NCBI GenBank assembly: GCA_030324005.1
Contig: JARDVH010000059.1
Coordinates: 83,776,783 to 83,840,782 of the forward strand
Length of the DNA: 64,000 nucleotides
Source of the DNA: Negaprion brevirostris
Lineage: Eukaryota
Direction of reading: 5' to 3'
Positions within the stretch are counted from its first letter, which is position 1. Each line of letters begins with the position of its first letter. Under the pieces are notes generated by a model that was not told where the DNA came from, searched no databases, and saw only the letters and a list, made by a program, of their open reading frames with translations. Position numbers and translations under genes: made by a program. Shown in pieces: positions 49,206-62,100 of the stretch.

Positions 49206-50939
49206 ATAAACTTAAACTTATAAACCTGGATTATTCTAGCACCCAACATTCACCTTCATTCTGCTACTTCAGCTATTACATTTCAGCTTATCAAAGCTCT
49301 CCTTTCTTTCTGTTTTAGAATATCTTTTTAGCTCAGGCTTTACTAGCCAATCTTCGATTCTGTGCTGCTGAAATTTGGCTTCATTTTCTATGCCTTCATT
49401 TTTAAAAAAATAAAATTAAAGAACAAATGTTTCATCCCAGCACAAGTTCCATTTGTTCATGGATTGTACAAAAATGTTTGTAAACAGCAGTAATGATAAT
49501 TTTCATCCAAAGTGTTCAGGCATTTGCACCCCCCTCACCTTTTCAAATTGATTTATGATAAGAATAATATAATTATAATCTATTGCAATATGTCTTTTTT
49601 TCTGCATAGACCAGCCTGTTTGATTTGCAGATCAGCAAACTGTAATCTGGATTTTTATAAAGGTTCTTTGTCCCCTATTTAAGGGGGATTCTAGTATCTA
49701 CTTTTGATGTGTTTCAATGTGTGTAATTCCTGGATTATAATCTCTATTTTGTAACTAGCTGATGTGGACTATTGGATTAATCTGCATGATTTTTAAAGCT
49801 TAAACTTCAATAGGTTTGTTCTTTCTGACAGTCCTTTTTACCAACACACACAAGCGTAGTTTTGTGACTCCAAATGTCTGGGCAATTCCAATCGGTACCT
49901 GATCTCACCATTGAGTACCTCGGACTTGATGTGACTAGTGCCAAGAGGGCAATTAGGTGGAGAACAAGGAATGCACAATAAACGAGTCCTCAAAGCACTT
50001 TAATTAACAGTAACGGGACTGAACAACAAAATTAGAACAGGTACCAACTGCTGCTCGGTGGAAGGTCTGGAAACCCGAGCATCTTACTTCTATGGCGTTT
50101 GTCTCCATCTACAAAGAGTTATATCTCATCTTAGATTCCTCTTGGCAATTCAGAATGGTCCTAACAAATTCAAGTATTTGTTAGGAGTACTGTTAATTCA
50201 TGATACTGTTGATTTTTTAAATCAACAAGATATATTTTAAATGGTATTGTTTCATTGCACCTGTCTGCACCTTTTGTGTGATATGATTGCTTCGAACGAC
50301 AAGGAAAAGGAATATATTTTGGCTTAAGTGCTGAGAGTTTTATTATAGCCAGCTGGATTTTTGATGTGTTTTAGGTGAATTGTTTCAGTGTATAGTCGTG
50401 GGATGGCGCAAACTCTTGACAAGTATATTGGAGGCTGAAATTCTGAGTGCTGGTGGTTTAAGTCATTTATGCCTCTTTTGCCTGGGGAGATCCTATAAAA
50501 ATAGCTGAAACCACCACATGCAGTAACTGCTTTCAGTTTACATTTGTTTGGGTCACGTAGCCTCATGAATAAAGGATTTTCTAAAACNNNNNNNNNNNNN
50601 NNNNNNNNNNNNNNNNNNNNNNNNNNNNNNNNNNNNNNNNNNNNNNNNNNNNNNNNNNNNNNNNNNNNNNNNNNNNNNNNNNNNNNNNNNNNNNNNNNAT
50701 AGTCTCCATTTGAAGGAACAAGTAAAATGGTGTAAAATTTGAGGCTGCTCAATGCAACATTGACCACTGTGCTTTAAGGCGGCATCTGCCACCCTTTCAA
50801 AATGAATAACATCTTAACTGTTACAACTTCGTTGTAGTTTTAAGTGAATAACAAATATGTGCCCTGGTAGCATCATGCCCCATTTTGTGCGCAAGGAGAG
50901 TCTAATTCAAATGATACAAAATATTTTTTTTCCTTGCAC

Positions 50940-51340
50940 CCATAGCTTTCTATATTGGCTAAAGTATTTCAGACAGAGGTGACAGGCGACATGTTTGATG
51001 GTTGTTTGTGGACTTAAATCGGCAAAAAGAAAGAGACACTGTGGTGGATCTTTAATGATTACAATTCTTGATAGGTTTCATAAGAGTGCACATAATTTAT
51101 GACAACTCCAATAAGAAGAAATGGCAGCCAAACTTTGTGAGTTAGCGGCAAAGCAAATGGGGCAGGCTTTGCATTTTGAACGCAAATTTTATGAACTGTG
51201 ATTGAATTTGTCGTGAAAGTGTGTCAGAATTAATAATGTATTTACACGCAAGGTTGCTGGGCTTTGCAGCATGTTTTAGGGCTGAAGACTGGATCATGTG
51301 AAAAGCCTCTTCTCTGTGTTTTGTGGTATATTGTAAAGGC
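50940..51340. promoter_or_regulatory. Candidate conserved enhancer with Hox/TALE-type motifs
   Basis: TGACAG 50980, TTTATGA 51096 and 51188, TGATTGA 51199; lies in about 6 kb with no recognisable SINE/LINE. Confidence 0.45.
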
Positions 51341-54300
51341 CAAATGCACTTTCCCTACATTTTAGACTCTGGCGCTATCCCTGCTATTCAACCACTTTTT
51401 TTTGACAAAATACCCAGCATGAAACAATGATGCTTTGAGGACATAATTAAAGATACCCGTTCAAAGAACAACTTTTTGCATATTTGAATTATTACTGTCG
51501 TGAAAAACATACAAATATGGAAATATGATTGCCAGAAGCACATAAATCAATGATCAGCATGGTCCTGAAATCCAATAAATATGTAGTTAAATACTTTAAA
51601 ATGCAAATAGTGCCTAAAAATTTACATATTGCAGAAATTTAAGGGAACTCTTGTCGTCTAACAACCTTCAAGGTAGTGGTAAATGTTGTGGGTAAACATA
51701 GAATTTTATTCATCACAGACCAAGTCATAGGTTTGATAAATGACAGGAGGCTGTTTTCCTGGGTAAAAATGACTGCACTCTTTAGTGAATTCTGAAACTG
51801 CCTCGAAGTCATCTGAATAATTAAGAGTTAATTATTCTTCATCCATCTAAATCACAAAAGGACAGATTTAGGGAAGGAATTTATAATTTTTTGCCTCGCA
51901 TCCTGTCACAGTGTAATATGATAAACTAAACTGACTCTGTGTAATACCTAGTGACCTTATAGAAAATCTTAATATGCTTTTGTTTGTTTATTTAAAAAAA
52001 AGTCATTTCCATCGTGGGAGTTTTCATTTTAAGGCCATATATGTTTGAAAGAGCTGAAATCTAACTGTTTAATTGATATTTTTACTTTAAAACTTTACCT
52101 TAATTAAAAAACACCCAATCAAATATCATAGTTGCTATTGCTTGTCGATTTTACAAACTGAATGTAGCCAGAGAGTTGAAGCAAAATATTAAACTTCAGA
52201 TAAGGGAAGTAAGTAGTCAAAAGTGTGTTGCATATTTTTCTTGTAGAAGGAAGAAAAGTGGGATTGCTTGGAGATCATGATAAAAATAAGCTGTCTCTTT
52301 GTGTAGACAATAGTGTAGTGTTCCCATTCAATAATATCTGTGCAATACTTCTATAACTTACAGTTCAGACATAATTGCATTAGATCTGCACTCAGTTGTG
52401 CAGCTAGAATAGTTTCATTGTATGTCTAATATCTGCACATATTAGAATAGTAATGCCGGCGCTTCAATCTCAGCTAAAACTCTTACAATCCCTGTAAATG
52501 ATAAGACAATTTTACACTGTTAAATTCTGCTGCAAGTTACCACTTGGCATTATTTACCATTTGACTTTTTTCCTTCTGACTTGCAGTTGGAAAGGAATTA
52601 ATCTCATCCTTGTTCATGCAGTTAATTTTACAATTAAAACAACTGAACCAATTGCGTGCTAGGCATTGCACATGTGTGGACTGCGCGGCTTTTTAAAAGA
52701 AAAAAAAATAAATCCTGTAATTTGCTTGAAGTGTGGTCTTTATAAATGTTTGCTCTTCGGGTAGAATTGAAACTAGAAATGGTCATCAAGAAGAAAAAAA
52801 AATCAATGTACATGATGTTTCTCATGTAGTACAGCAGGGTTACATTGTTAGGTTAAACACAGGCTCTAGAGCGAGCTGCTATTCCGTAAAATCAATTTGT
52901 TTTAAAGTCTACAGCTCCTACTTTATCCTCAAAGAGTCATTTTACATACTGCTCACATTATTGACTACTGCATTAGCTCTTTCAATTTGTAATGAATAGT
53001 CGCAGACCTGCACACACAGAAACATGATTCAGTTAAAAGTCCTACTGTAAAATTTCATTTGGAAAGGATTCTGATTATTCATTTCCAACATTTGCATTAA
53101 TTTCTTGTGTTTAAAGCTGACGTTTTACTGTCTTTGAAAGAAGGAATAACATTAATTGGAAACACTGTGGAATCTTTAATATTTAATTCTGTTTTGTTCT
53201 TCCTTGTCGTACTGTTTAATCTGTAATCTTGCACATCAGCAATACAAGGGCTACCCAAGAAAACAACCAGCCCTTTTGTTTTCGGCTAAACATTTGGGCT
53301 TTTTATTTCCTTAACGTAATATCCTAAATTAGCCTGAAACAAAATTAAAAACTAGAACATAAATGTAAGCAAGCAATTATGATTTCCTCCAATTTTTGAC
53401 ACATTTTCTTTTGCACCAAATACAGCTAATGTTTCAAAGCCTTATCAGCCCAGAGATAAAAATAAATTATAAAAGTTCAGAAAGGATTTTATTTCAACAG
53501 AATGCAGGACTCAATAACTTGAGTTTTCACCCTCAATTTAAGGAGAATGCTTTTAATAAAAATCTTGATTTCTTTCCTTAAAATGTTGTGACTGTCTTTG
53601 GTGAAATGGTTAAATTGTGGAGACAATCTTTTGCTTACCTCGTGCTTTTCACTGTGCACATCTTGACTGACTCTGACTTTGCTTTTTATTTCTGTCAAAT
53701 CAATTATGACANNNNNNNNNNNNNNNNNNNNNNNNNNNNNNNNNNNNNNNNNNNNNNNNNNNNNNACATAAGCAATATTAGTTCAGTTAGATACTAGTTT
53801 TTAAAGCTATGTAGGAAGCAGTAGCATTATGTATGCACTCAGCTAAAAGAAAACAGTAACAAATAGCCCTGCTGAACAATGGAGCGCTTTTAATAACAAC
53901 CTGCTTTTTCGTTGTTTAAGTGGAGAAAACATTTTGTGAGAAGATTATGGATTACAGTTATTGCAAATTATCAGTCTTGTACTAAACCTTTTAGTTGAAT
54001 GAAGCTCACCATAATCAACCAGCCAGTTCTTGGTGAAATATAAATTGCCAAGTGCGGCTGGCATGGANNNNNNNNNNATGTGGTAGTGACATGTCTATTG
54101 GTGCCTGGTAATATTTTTTTTTAAAAAGCCTGAATATAATTATACATTTTGAAATGTAGTTGTGTTGGGACACAAGATTATCGGGATGACAGTATAAACC
54201 AAATTCCAGCTACCTGTAGATGGAGAGATTATATTTGCCTGTGAGACATGAAGCCTTATTTGATTCAAATATCTTAAATTGTTCTAAGCGATACTGGCAA

Positions 54301-55379
54301 CTTGAAGGCTTGTTTCTCTGTCTGCTTGTCAGTCAGCTGCTAGTGTGAAAAGTGTCTGATTGCCACTCTTGTCAGTCAATGGAAATGCGAACTGCCAACC
54401 TAATGGGTTTCTTTACATCTTTGTCTTTGCGGAGATGGAAGTAAAATCAATGTGTTGTCATGTGTGGTTCAGCTGAGCTAAACACCCCAGTGGAATCGGA
54501 AATATAATGCTGTAATATTTATATTTGAATATGGTTCTTCTTTGAACACAAAGAAGGAAGTGACAACTTTGTTTCCAAGCAAGTTTATGGTAGGATTACA
54601 GTGAAAAGGATGTCTTTGTAAGATCTCAGTTTCTCATCGTTCATGGCTCCCACGTGAACACAAAAAAAATCCAACGATACCGCACTTTGTCACACAGCTT
54701 AGAAAATTGCAAACTGAATATCTTAAAGGTTACATTACATAAGTAGTAAAAGGATAGGCTGTTTAATCTAACCAAGTGTATTATTCCTCTAGAATGATTT
54801 TGCTGCCTGCATTATGGCCTGTGGTAAATGTGAGTGCAGCAGTCATTTTGCTGTTGCTTCTGAAGCATGTTTTCTCAATCCTTGGCTCATTGCAGTTTGT
54901 TTTCATGTGTTTTTCCTCTTTGCATATCATCAATCATCGGATTTTGTTGTGGGGAGGTGACTGGTAGGTGAAGTAAAACAGCAATTGGTCAAATAAAGTC
55001 AGAAATGAAATGATTAGATTCTGTGTCAGAATTGTTACTACGTGAAGTACACTCTGAATCAAATGTGAGACCCCCAAAAGCACCATGACCTATTTATTTT
55101 AGCTTTTCAAAATGATTGAGGAGTCTTATGAGTGTTAACGAGAACCGAACTGGTTACACTTTCAATAAACCCGTTTGCAGAGGCTGATTAGTTTCACACC
55201 AATTGAACAACTGATTCGCCCCCAACAGTGGAACAAATCCAAAGGGGGAATATGGAGCAATAGTGCTGGGGATACACAGCTACTGATAAGTGCATCCTTG
55301 CTCAGCGTGGTTACTTCTGATCAGGGGCCTCACTCTGAAACTCCACATTTTCAGATGTTACTGCCCTGATGTGTACTTC

Positions 55380-55848
55380 AACAACTCCAACTTGCATTTA
55401 TGTAGCAGCATCAACTGGTAACAATGACCCAATGCACTTCAGAAGTGTTAGCTACAAAGATTTTGTACTGCATCACGTAAGGAGATATTAGAGCAGATGG
55501 AGATAGGTTATGAAGAAATGCCTTAGAGGAAGTGGAGGGAGGTGGACAGATTTAGTGGAGGGAATTTCAGGGCTTGGGGGTGAGGCATTTAGTTGGCTGA
55601 TGGCATGGTCTTCAGTGGTGGAGCTAAAGAAATCAGAGATGTCAGGAGGCCTGAACTGGAGGACACAGAGCTCTTGTGGGTTTATAAGGCTGCAGGAAGT
55701 TAGGGATAGGCGAGGCCATGGAGAGGTTTGAACACCAACAATTTTAAACGGAAGTATTGCCTGACTAGGAGTCAGTGTAGATCAGCATGCACAGGGATAT
55801 GATGGGTGAATGTGACGTTGTGAGAGTTAGAATGAAGGCAGCAGATAG
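55380..55848 (-). mobile_element. L2 3' fragment
   Basis: caacttgcatttatgtagcagc...aaggagatattagagcag...ggagggaatttcagggcttggg. Confidence 0.78.
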
Positions 55849-56646
55849 AATTCTACTTTTTTTGTATTTCAAATTTCCAGTGATCACGATATTTTCTTTT
55901 AACACTGAAAGGAAAATGCGGTTAGTTGGTTGTGAGAAGTTGGCACTTATTTCAATAATTCCGTGACTGATACATTTAAAAATGAACAGAACAGCAAGGA
56001 AAAATGACAGCCCTGTATATTTAAAATCACTAAACTTTTCATTTTAACATCTGAAAAGGAACCTCGTTGTTACGATGCTGTTTCTTCTTGACGGGCAGCG
56101 TAAAGATTCTTTTCCCTATGTCAGAGAAAATAATATATTTTAACCTTTTTCTTTCTTGAAACGTTTTCTCTTGAATTTTTTTTCCCCTCTCACTTGCTTA
56201 TCCCTTTCATTGTAGTGTGCAAGAGAAAGCATAAAATGATGCTCCAAATGAGAAAATATTAAATTTAACTGTGGCACGTGGTCTACCTCGACTGTGTAGG
56301 ATCACCTGGTTCTGTTCAGGAAAATCTATGCAATGCATGTGTTTGTGTCTCTGACATGCAATTTCTACTATCTTAACAGGGAACTTCCTCTGCTTAGAAC
56401 AGTTGTCTATTTTTGAGTTAAGCCAGGCCTCTAGGAGAAAAAAATCAAATTATTTCATCATGTTAAAAATGAAAAGCTGTAATTACTTACAATTAAGCTC
56501 CAGTTTCTTCCCCCCACCCTCTGAAATTAAGAAATTCTTTTCCAAAGCTTTGAGCCTTGTTCTAAATCAGTGTATTTTGAAAAGTAGGAAATAATTTTCT
56601 TTTCAGTTGAAAATTGATTTAATTTGTAATGCTGACTAGAGCTGGA

Positions 56647-56672
56647 GTGTGTGTGTGTGTGTGTGTATGTGT
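56647..56672. repeat. (GT)n microsatellite
   Basis: gtgtgtgtgtgtgtgtgtgtatgtgt. Confidence 0.9.
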
Positions 56673-56779
56673 TTTATTTTTAAAGGGAAAGGGGTTAATG
56701 GATTCAGTATTTCATGCAGTAATGTTCGCTATTAGGATTTGTTTATATATGGTTTTTCCTAATTTTTGCTGAGTGGCAA

Positions 56780-58110
56780 TATATTAAAACATGGAATGTG
56801 TAAAACATTGAGTGAACAAAAACGATAAATGTCAATTTCGATGAGGCTGACACAGCTTAGTTGCTGTTCATCTCAAAGTTAAATCTGTATCGTCTTATTG
56901 CGGGAGGTTGCATAAGCATCTTTTGTTTAGAGACTGTAAAGAACGAAAGAGGAGGACCCAAAATCAACGTTTGCGAGCAAGCTGAGTTGCAGCAATTGTT
57001 CTAGCAGCGGCTGCCCTGTGTCTGTGAATCTCCCAACTCCTGAACAATATCTTGGCATGGGGACGACATGATCTAGGTGCTTTACTTGAGGCTGAGCCTT
57101 GGGATTGTGAAATGTGCAGTACAAGTACAGCTGCCAGGTATATTATTTGGGGAGTTGCCTCGTTGGTTTTATGGAGTGTACTCAAAGCAAGTGAACTCCC
57201 CTCCCCACCCCAGTGCAATCCATTTAGAATAGCTCCTGTGTGTTGTAGCTTGCTGGTGGCCTGATAATGTCACTGGCGCACTGCAATCATGTTCCAGGCA
57301 GGAGTTGTCGCTGAAACTGTCACCGCACCACAGCTTTTCTTGGCAACATCTTTACATAATGATAACCTTGCAAAGCGTTGCACGAGACAATTTTTTATAA
57401 AAAAACACTGACCTAATGAATGTTTTTATAATTATTGGGGGGGAGGGCGTTGGAGGAGATGGGGTACAAGGAAAAGTATAGCTTTGAACTTGATAGTTCT
57501 TAAACCTGTCATTAATTCTGTTGGAAAATTTTAAAGTACAGTACATTGCGAGTACATAAGAGATTTTCCAGCATGCAAGTCTGAGATTACAGTGTACAGG
57601 CTGTGTATATTCTGTATAGAGGTATCAATGCTGCCTTCTGATATGTTACAATATTTACATTTGTGAATAATTTAAGCAGTAGTTTGGTTGCAACATGAAG
57701 CATTTATTGTATTTCAGAATTGCATCTTTTTTAAAAACTCCTCCAAATATCTTTCCTATTTTTCACCTGTTTATCCTCCCAATCATCCACTGCACTTTCG
57801 ACACTGGTCACCTCTCTTTACATTTGTTTGTATCCACTGTTTTATGTATACACGGTTTTATCAGTAACTTCTGCTGACTATGGCAATTTAATCAGAGTAC
57901 AGCTGTAGTTTTGAGCAATGCTTTGTGCAAATGTCCTTTTGTGTCAACAGCTTGCAATTGCTGAAAGCAACGCGTGCAAAAAATCATCTTGTGTTTATTC
58001 GACGGGTGACTGGTCTTTTCCGTTTTTTGGTATTGCGGTAACTGCTCGGAGTAGTACCAAACAGTTAATAATTAAAGACTAGATTAAATTAAGATTGGGT
58101 TAAACATCAT
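56780..58110. promoter_or_regulatory. Candidate conserved non-coding elements
   Basis: Repeat-free unique blocks that retain CpGs (about 56800-57420 and 57860-58110) with TAAT clusters. Inference only. Confidence 0.4.
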
Positions 58111-58244
58111 AATTGTGCAACTATGACACTAAAATATTATCATAAAATAGCCTCAACAGGTTCTTGGCTTAATGGGAAAAAAAGATTTTTTAATTTTCTG
58201 GAAACATCCAGCTGTGCTAAATATAATGGATGCTAACCCAAAAA

Positions 58245-58700
58245 TTAACCACTGCCTACAAGGCACAAGTCAGGAGTGTGATGGAATACTCTCCACTTGA
58301 AATGCCAACACATTGAAGAAGCTCGACACCATCCAAGACAAAGCAGCCCGCTTGATTGGCACCCCATCCACTGCCTTCAACATTTACTCACTCCACTACT
58401 TGTGGCAGCAATGAGTGCCATATGCAAGATACACCGCAGCGCCTCACCAAGCCTCCTTCAGCAGCACTTTCTAAACCTAATGCCTCTGCCAAGTAGAAGA
58501 ATAAGAGCAACAGAACACCAGCCCCTGCAAGTTCAGCTCCAAACCACACACCACCCTGACTTGGAAATATATTGTCATTTCTTCACTGTGGTTAGGTTAC
58601 TATCCTTGAACTCCCTCCCTAACAGCACTGTGGGTGTATCTACACCACGTGGACTTCAGTGGTTGCAGGAGGTGTCTAACCTAGATGGCCTAGCATGAAC
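58245..58700 (+). mobile_element. Decayed non-LTR retrotransposon 3' fragment (CR1-group, Zenon-like motif)
   Basis: tacaaggcacaagtcaggagtgtgatggaatactctccactt = YKAQVRSVMEYSPL; ttgaagaagctcgacaccatccaagacaaagcagcccgcttgattggc = LKKLDTIQDKAARLIG. Confidence 0.8.
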
Positions 58701-59804
58701 ACATTTAAAAAGAAATGTCAAGACCTCTGGTCGCAAACCTTGTTCAGGAGGAAATATATTCTTAACTTCTAATTTTGTTACTCTCAGATACCTCAGTGAA
58801 ACTCCTTGGTCGTTTTTAATCTGGTATCAATAAATATTCAGACTAAATACTGAGAAATTGATCCCTTGATAAAGTCAAAGAAACAATGTAATAAAAATTG
58901 GGCATTTCTTTGAACAATGCCGACTTGAATTGACTCACATTAATGTGAAGTTTTAATGTGCCTGTGAATTAAAGTCAGTGAAGGCTTGTCATGGGTGTAT
59001 TTATTGTCTGGGAGAGGGAACGTTAATCTTCCTGTCCAGTGTAAAGTTCATTCACACCTGTGCTTCTGTTCAATTATTTTCCCCACTGCCAGAGATCATC
59101 AGTTAGCTGAATTATGCAGGTCATCAGGAGAGATATTCCATGCACCATTCCTCCCCATGAACCTGCCAGAAATTCCATTCTTTTTTGTTTGTGGCAAGGA
59201 TGTGTATCCCACCTTAGGTGGAGTGGCAGGGTGGGTGGCTAGATTACCCGCCTGCGACCTCCTATAGCACTGCAACACTTGTTCAAGATTGATTTTCAGT
59301 GCTGTTTGCGCTCTGCTCACAAAAGTAAAACTTCAGATGGACAACTTGGTACTCTGGGAGATTATTTTAATGGCATCGGTCACCCCTTATTACCTGTTTG
59401 TCACCATTCACTTTTCACAAGTAATTTTCAGTTTATCATCCTAATGGGAGTAGGTTGGGCATTTGTAAGTCACGATGTTAAATCCTGCCGTGTGTTCACC
59501 CTTTGCATGTGCACCCATTGCCTAGTAAAGGAAACAACCAGAGGCACTTGCCTCTGTTGTATCTGCGTTGCAGGGTTTTTATTCATCACTGAAGAAAGTA
59601 TTACAGTTGCAGTGACGTTGCACATCACATCGGTGCCACGTGTTCTGATTAAAGGTGGTTTGTCTGCACATTATCCATCAGATCTCCAAAGTTTAGACTC
59701 TATCGATTGCATTGAATTGATTTTAAAATGTGAGCTTTTGTCATTTCGTTTAACATCTGCATAAATAAGCTTTACTTATTTTATAGGTGTTTAGTGTCAC
59801 AATT

Positions 59805-60034
59805 TTTCTCTCCTTCCTCTTTCTTTCATTTATTTCATCTGTTTTTATCTTCCTGCTTTGTCTTTACTCCATTGTCTCTCTCTCCCTCTCTCTCTCTTGC
59901 TCCACTGTCTCTCCTCTTCCCTCTCCCTTTTTTATCTAATTTCTCTCCTTTCTGTTTACTCCCTCTGCTCTCTAGTCTTTCTCTGTCCTCTCTCCTCCCA
60001 CCTCTCTCTCCTCCACTCTCTCCCCATCTCTCTC
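59805..60034. repeat. CT-rich polypyrimidine low-complexity tract running into a 700-N gap
   Basis: Degenerate (CT)n. Confidence 0.9.
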
Positions 60035-61220
60035 NNNNNNNNNNNNNNNNNNNNNNNNNNNNNNNNNNNNNNNNNNNNNNNNNNNNNNNNNNNNNNNNNN
60101 NNNNNNNNNNNNNNNNNNNNNNNNNNNNNNNNNNNNNNNNNNNNNNNNNNNNNNNNNNNNNNNNNNNNNNNNNNNNNNNNNNNNNNNNNNNNNNNNNNNN
60201 NNNNNNNNNNNNNNNNNNNNNNNNNNNNNNNNNNNNNNNNNNNNNNNNNNNNNNNNNNNNNNNNNNNNNNNNNNNNNNNNNNNNNNNNNNNNNNNNNNNN
60301 NNNNNNNNNNNNNNNNNNNNNNNNNNNNNNNNNNNNNNNNNNNNNNNNNNNNNNNNNNNNNNNNNNNNNNNNNNNNNNNNNNNNNNNNNNNNNNNNNNNN
60401 NNNNNNNNNNNNNNNNNNNNNNNNNNNNNNNNNNNNNNNNNNNNNNNNNNNNNNNNNNNNNNNNNNNNNNNNNNNNNNNNNNNNNNNNNNNNNNNNNNNN
60501 NNNNNNNNNNNNNNNNNNNNNNNNNNNNNNNNNNNNNNNNNNNNNNNNNNNNNNNNNNNNNNNNNNNNNNNNNNNNNNNNNNNNNNNNNNNNNNNNNNNN
60601 NNNNNNNNNNNNNNNNNNNNNNNNNNNNNNNNNNNNNNNNNNNNNNNNNNNNNNNNNNNNNNNNNNNNNNNNNNNNNNNNNNNNNNNNNNNNNNNNNNNN
60701 NNNNNNNNNNNNNNNNNNNNNNNNNNNNNNNNNNNNNAGGTTAGAGGGTCATTAGATTGGTTCCACTGGTCGGCGCAACATTGAGGGCCGAAGGGCCTGT
60801 ACTGCACTGTAATGATCTACGTTCTACAGATGCAGTCAGACATGACGAATTTTTCCAGTTTTGCATGTTTCTATTCCTCTCTGGTTACTCTTGCACAAAA
60901 ATATACATTTTTATTTGAAATGATTGTAATCCTTCAATCTTGTTGTTAATCGGCCTGACACCTTTTTTCAACTAAAAGTTACTTGGATTTTGTTGTCAGT
61001 ATGCTTTTTAATTTAGAATTTACTAGGAAGAATTAAGGGTTTGAGTACCAGTCGTCATTAAACTTGCACTTTGACCAATTCTTGACGAAGCGTTTTACCA
61101 GCTTTGACCTGAGTGTTTTTATTAGTTAAGCGCATGTCCTTAAAATAAGGTTGACTTACATTTCTATAAGGCCTTTGTCAACCTCAGAATGTCACAAAAT
61201 GCTCTACAACCAATGCCAAT

Positions 61221-61308
61221 ACCGGCGTTGGACTGAGCAAAACATCAGGTTAAAGTCCAACATGTTTATTTGGAATCACGAGCTTTTGGAGCACTACTCC
61301 TTTGTCAG
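61221..61308 (-). mobile_element. Penelope-like fragment (same family as 38629), joined to the 3' half of a V-SINE (+, about 61306-61470)
   Basis: Minus strand ctgacaaaggagtagtgctccaaaagctcgtg..aaataaacatgttggactttaacctg. Confidence 0.75.
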
Positions 61309-61619
61309 TCCGAAAGACATGCTGGTTAGGTGCATTGGCCATACTAAATTCTCCCTCACTGTACCTGAACAGGTGCTGGAGTGTGGCGACTAGGGGATTT
61401 TCTGCAGTAACTTCATTGCAGTGTTAATGTAAGCTTACTTGTGTCTAATAAAAAATAAACTTTAACTTTAAACCTCAGATGAGATGAAGGAAGTTCTGTG
61501 TCATCACCTGTGCTTGTGAGCATTCGTATGAAATATTTGTCGAATGTCAATCAAATATTTCCAAATTTTTTCAAGTTGTGGCACGCCTGAACTCTGTCAC
61601 AAGTATATTACATTTTCTG

Positions 61620-62100
61620 CTGTTCCTTTTAGGCACCATCCCTTTCCACAGCTCCTGTGAGACAACCAATAGCAATACCACTGATGCTTTGACCAATATA
61701 GTTGGTATTATTTAAACTCCATTTATTTTACTCTGGCTCAATGCTGTACAAAAAATCCTGGTTGCAGTTAACCACAGCTTGCAGAATAACGCCGATTATT
61801 GTGCAAGTATGTATTTCATCTGGGAAGGAGATTTTCTGATCAGACAACATCCACCTTTTATTGGGGATGATTCATAACTGAAGGTCCACACTAATTGCAA
61901 AATGTGAAGTTCCTTGGTGCATTGTTCAGGTTAGCACCTATCACAGTGACATATTTTCACTGGAATAACTCATGCTTTTAGATGCAAACAACACCCTTTA
62001 TGTTTGGTATTATGTGGTGATGCTTGTAGTTGTGGAGGGTTGGTCTGCCAAGATTGTGACATAAGCAACATCCTTAAAGGATTTCATGTTGAGTCTTTAA
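61620..62100 (-). pseudogene. Possible highly decayed PIF/Harbinger-type transposase
   Basis: Minus-strand peptides SFKDVAY (62081-62061), RNFTFC (about 61914-61897) and VILQAVVNCNQ (61790-61758) in Harbinger-like order and spacing; many stops and frameshifts. Confidence 0.33.

Noticed and set aside
49863-50112. Possible solo LTR (TG...CA ends, ATTAAA on the minus strand)
   Set aside because: No target-site duplication at either candidate boundary and no second copy.
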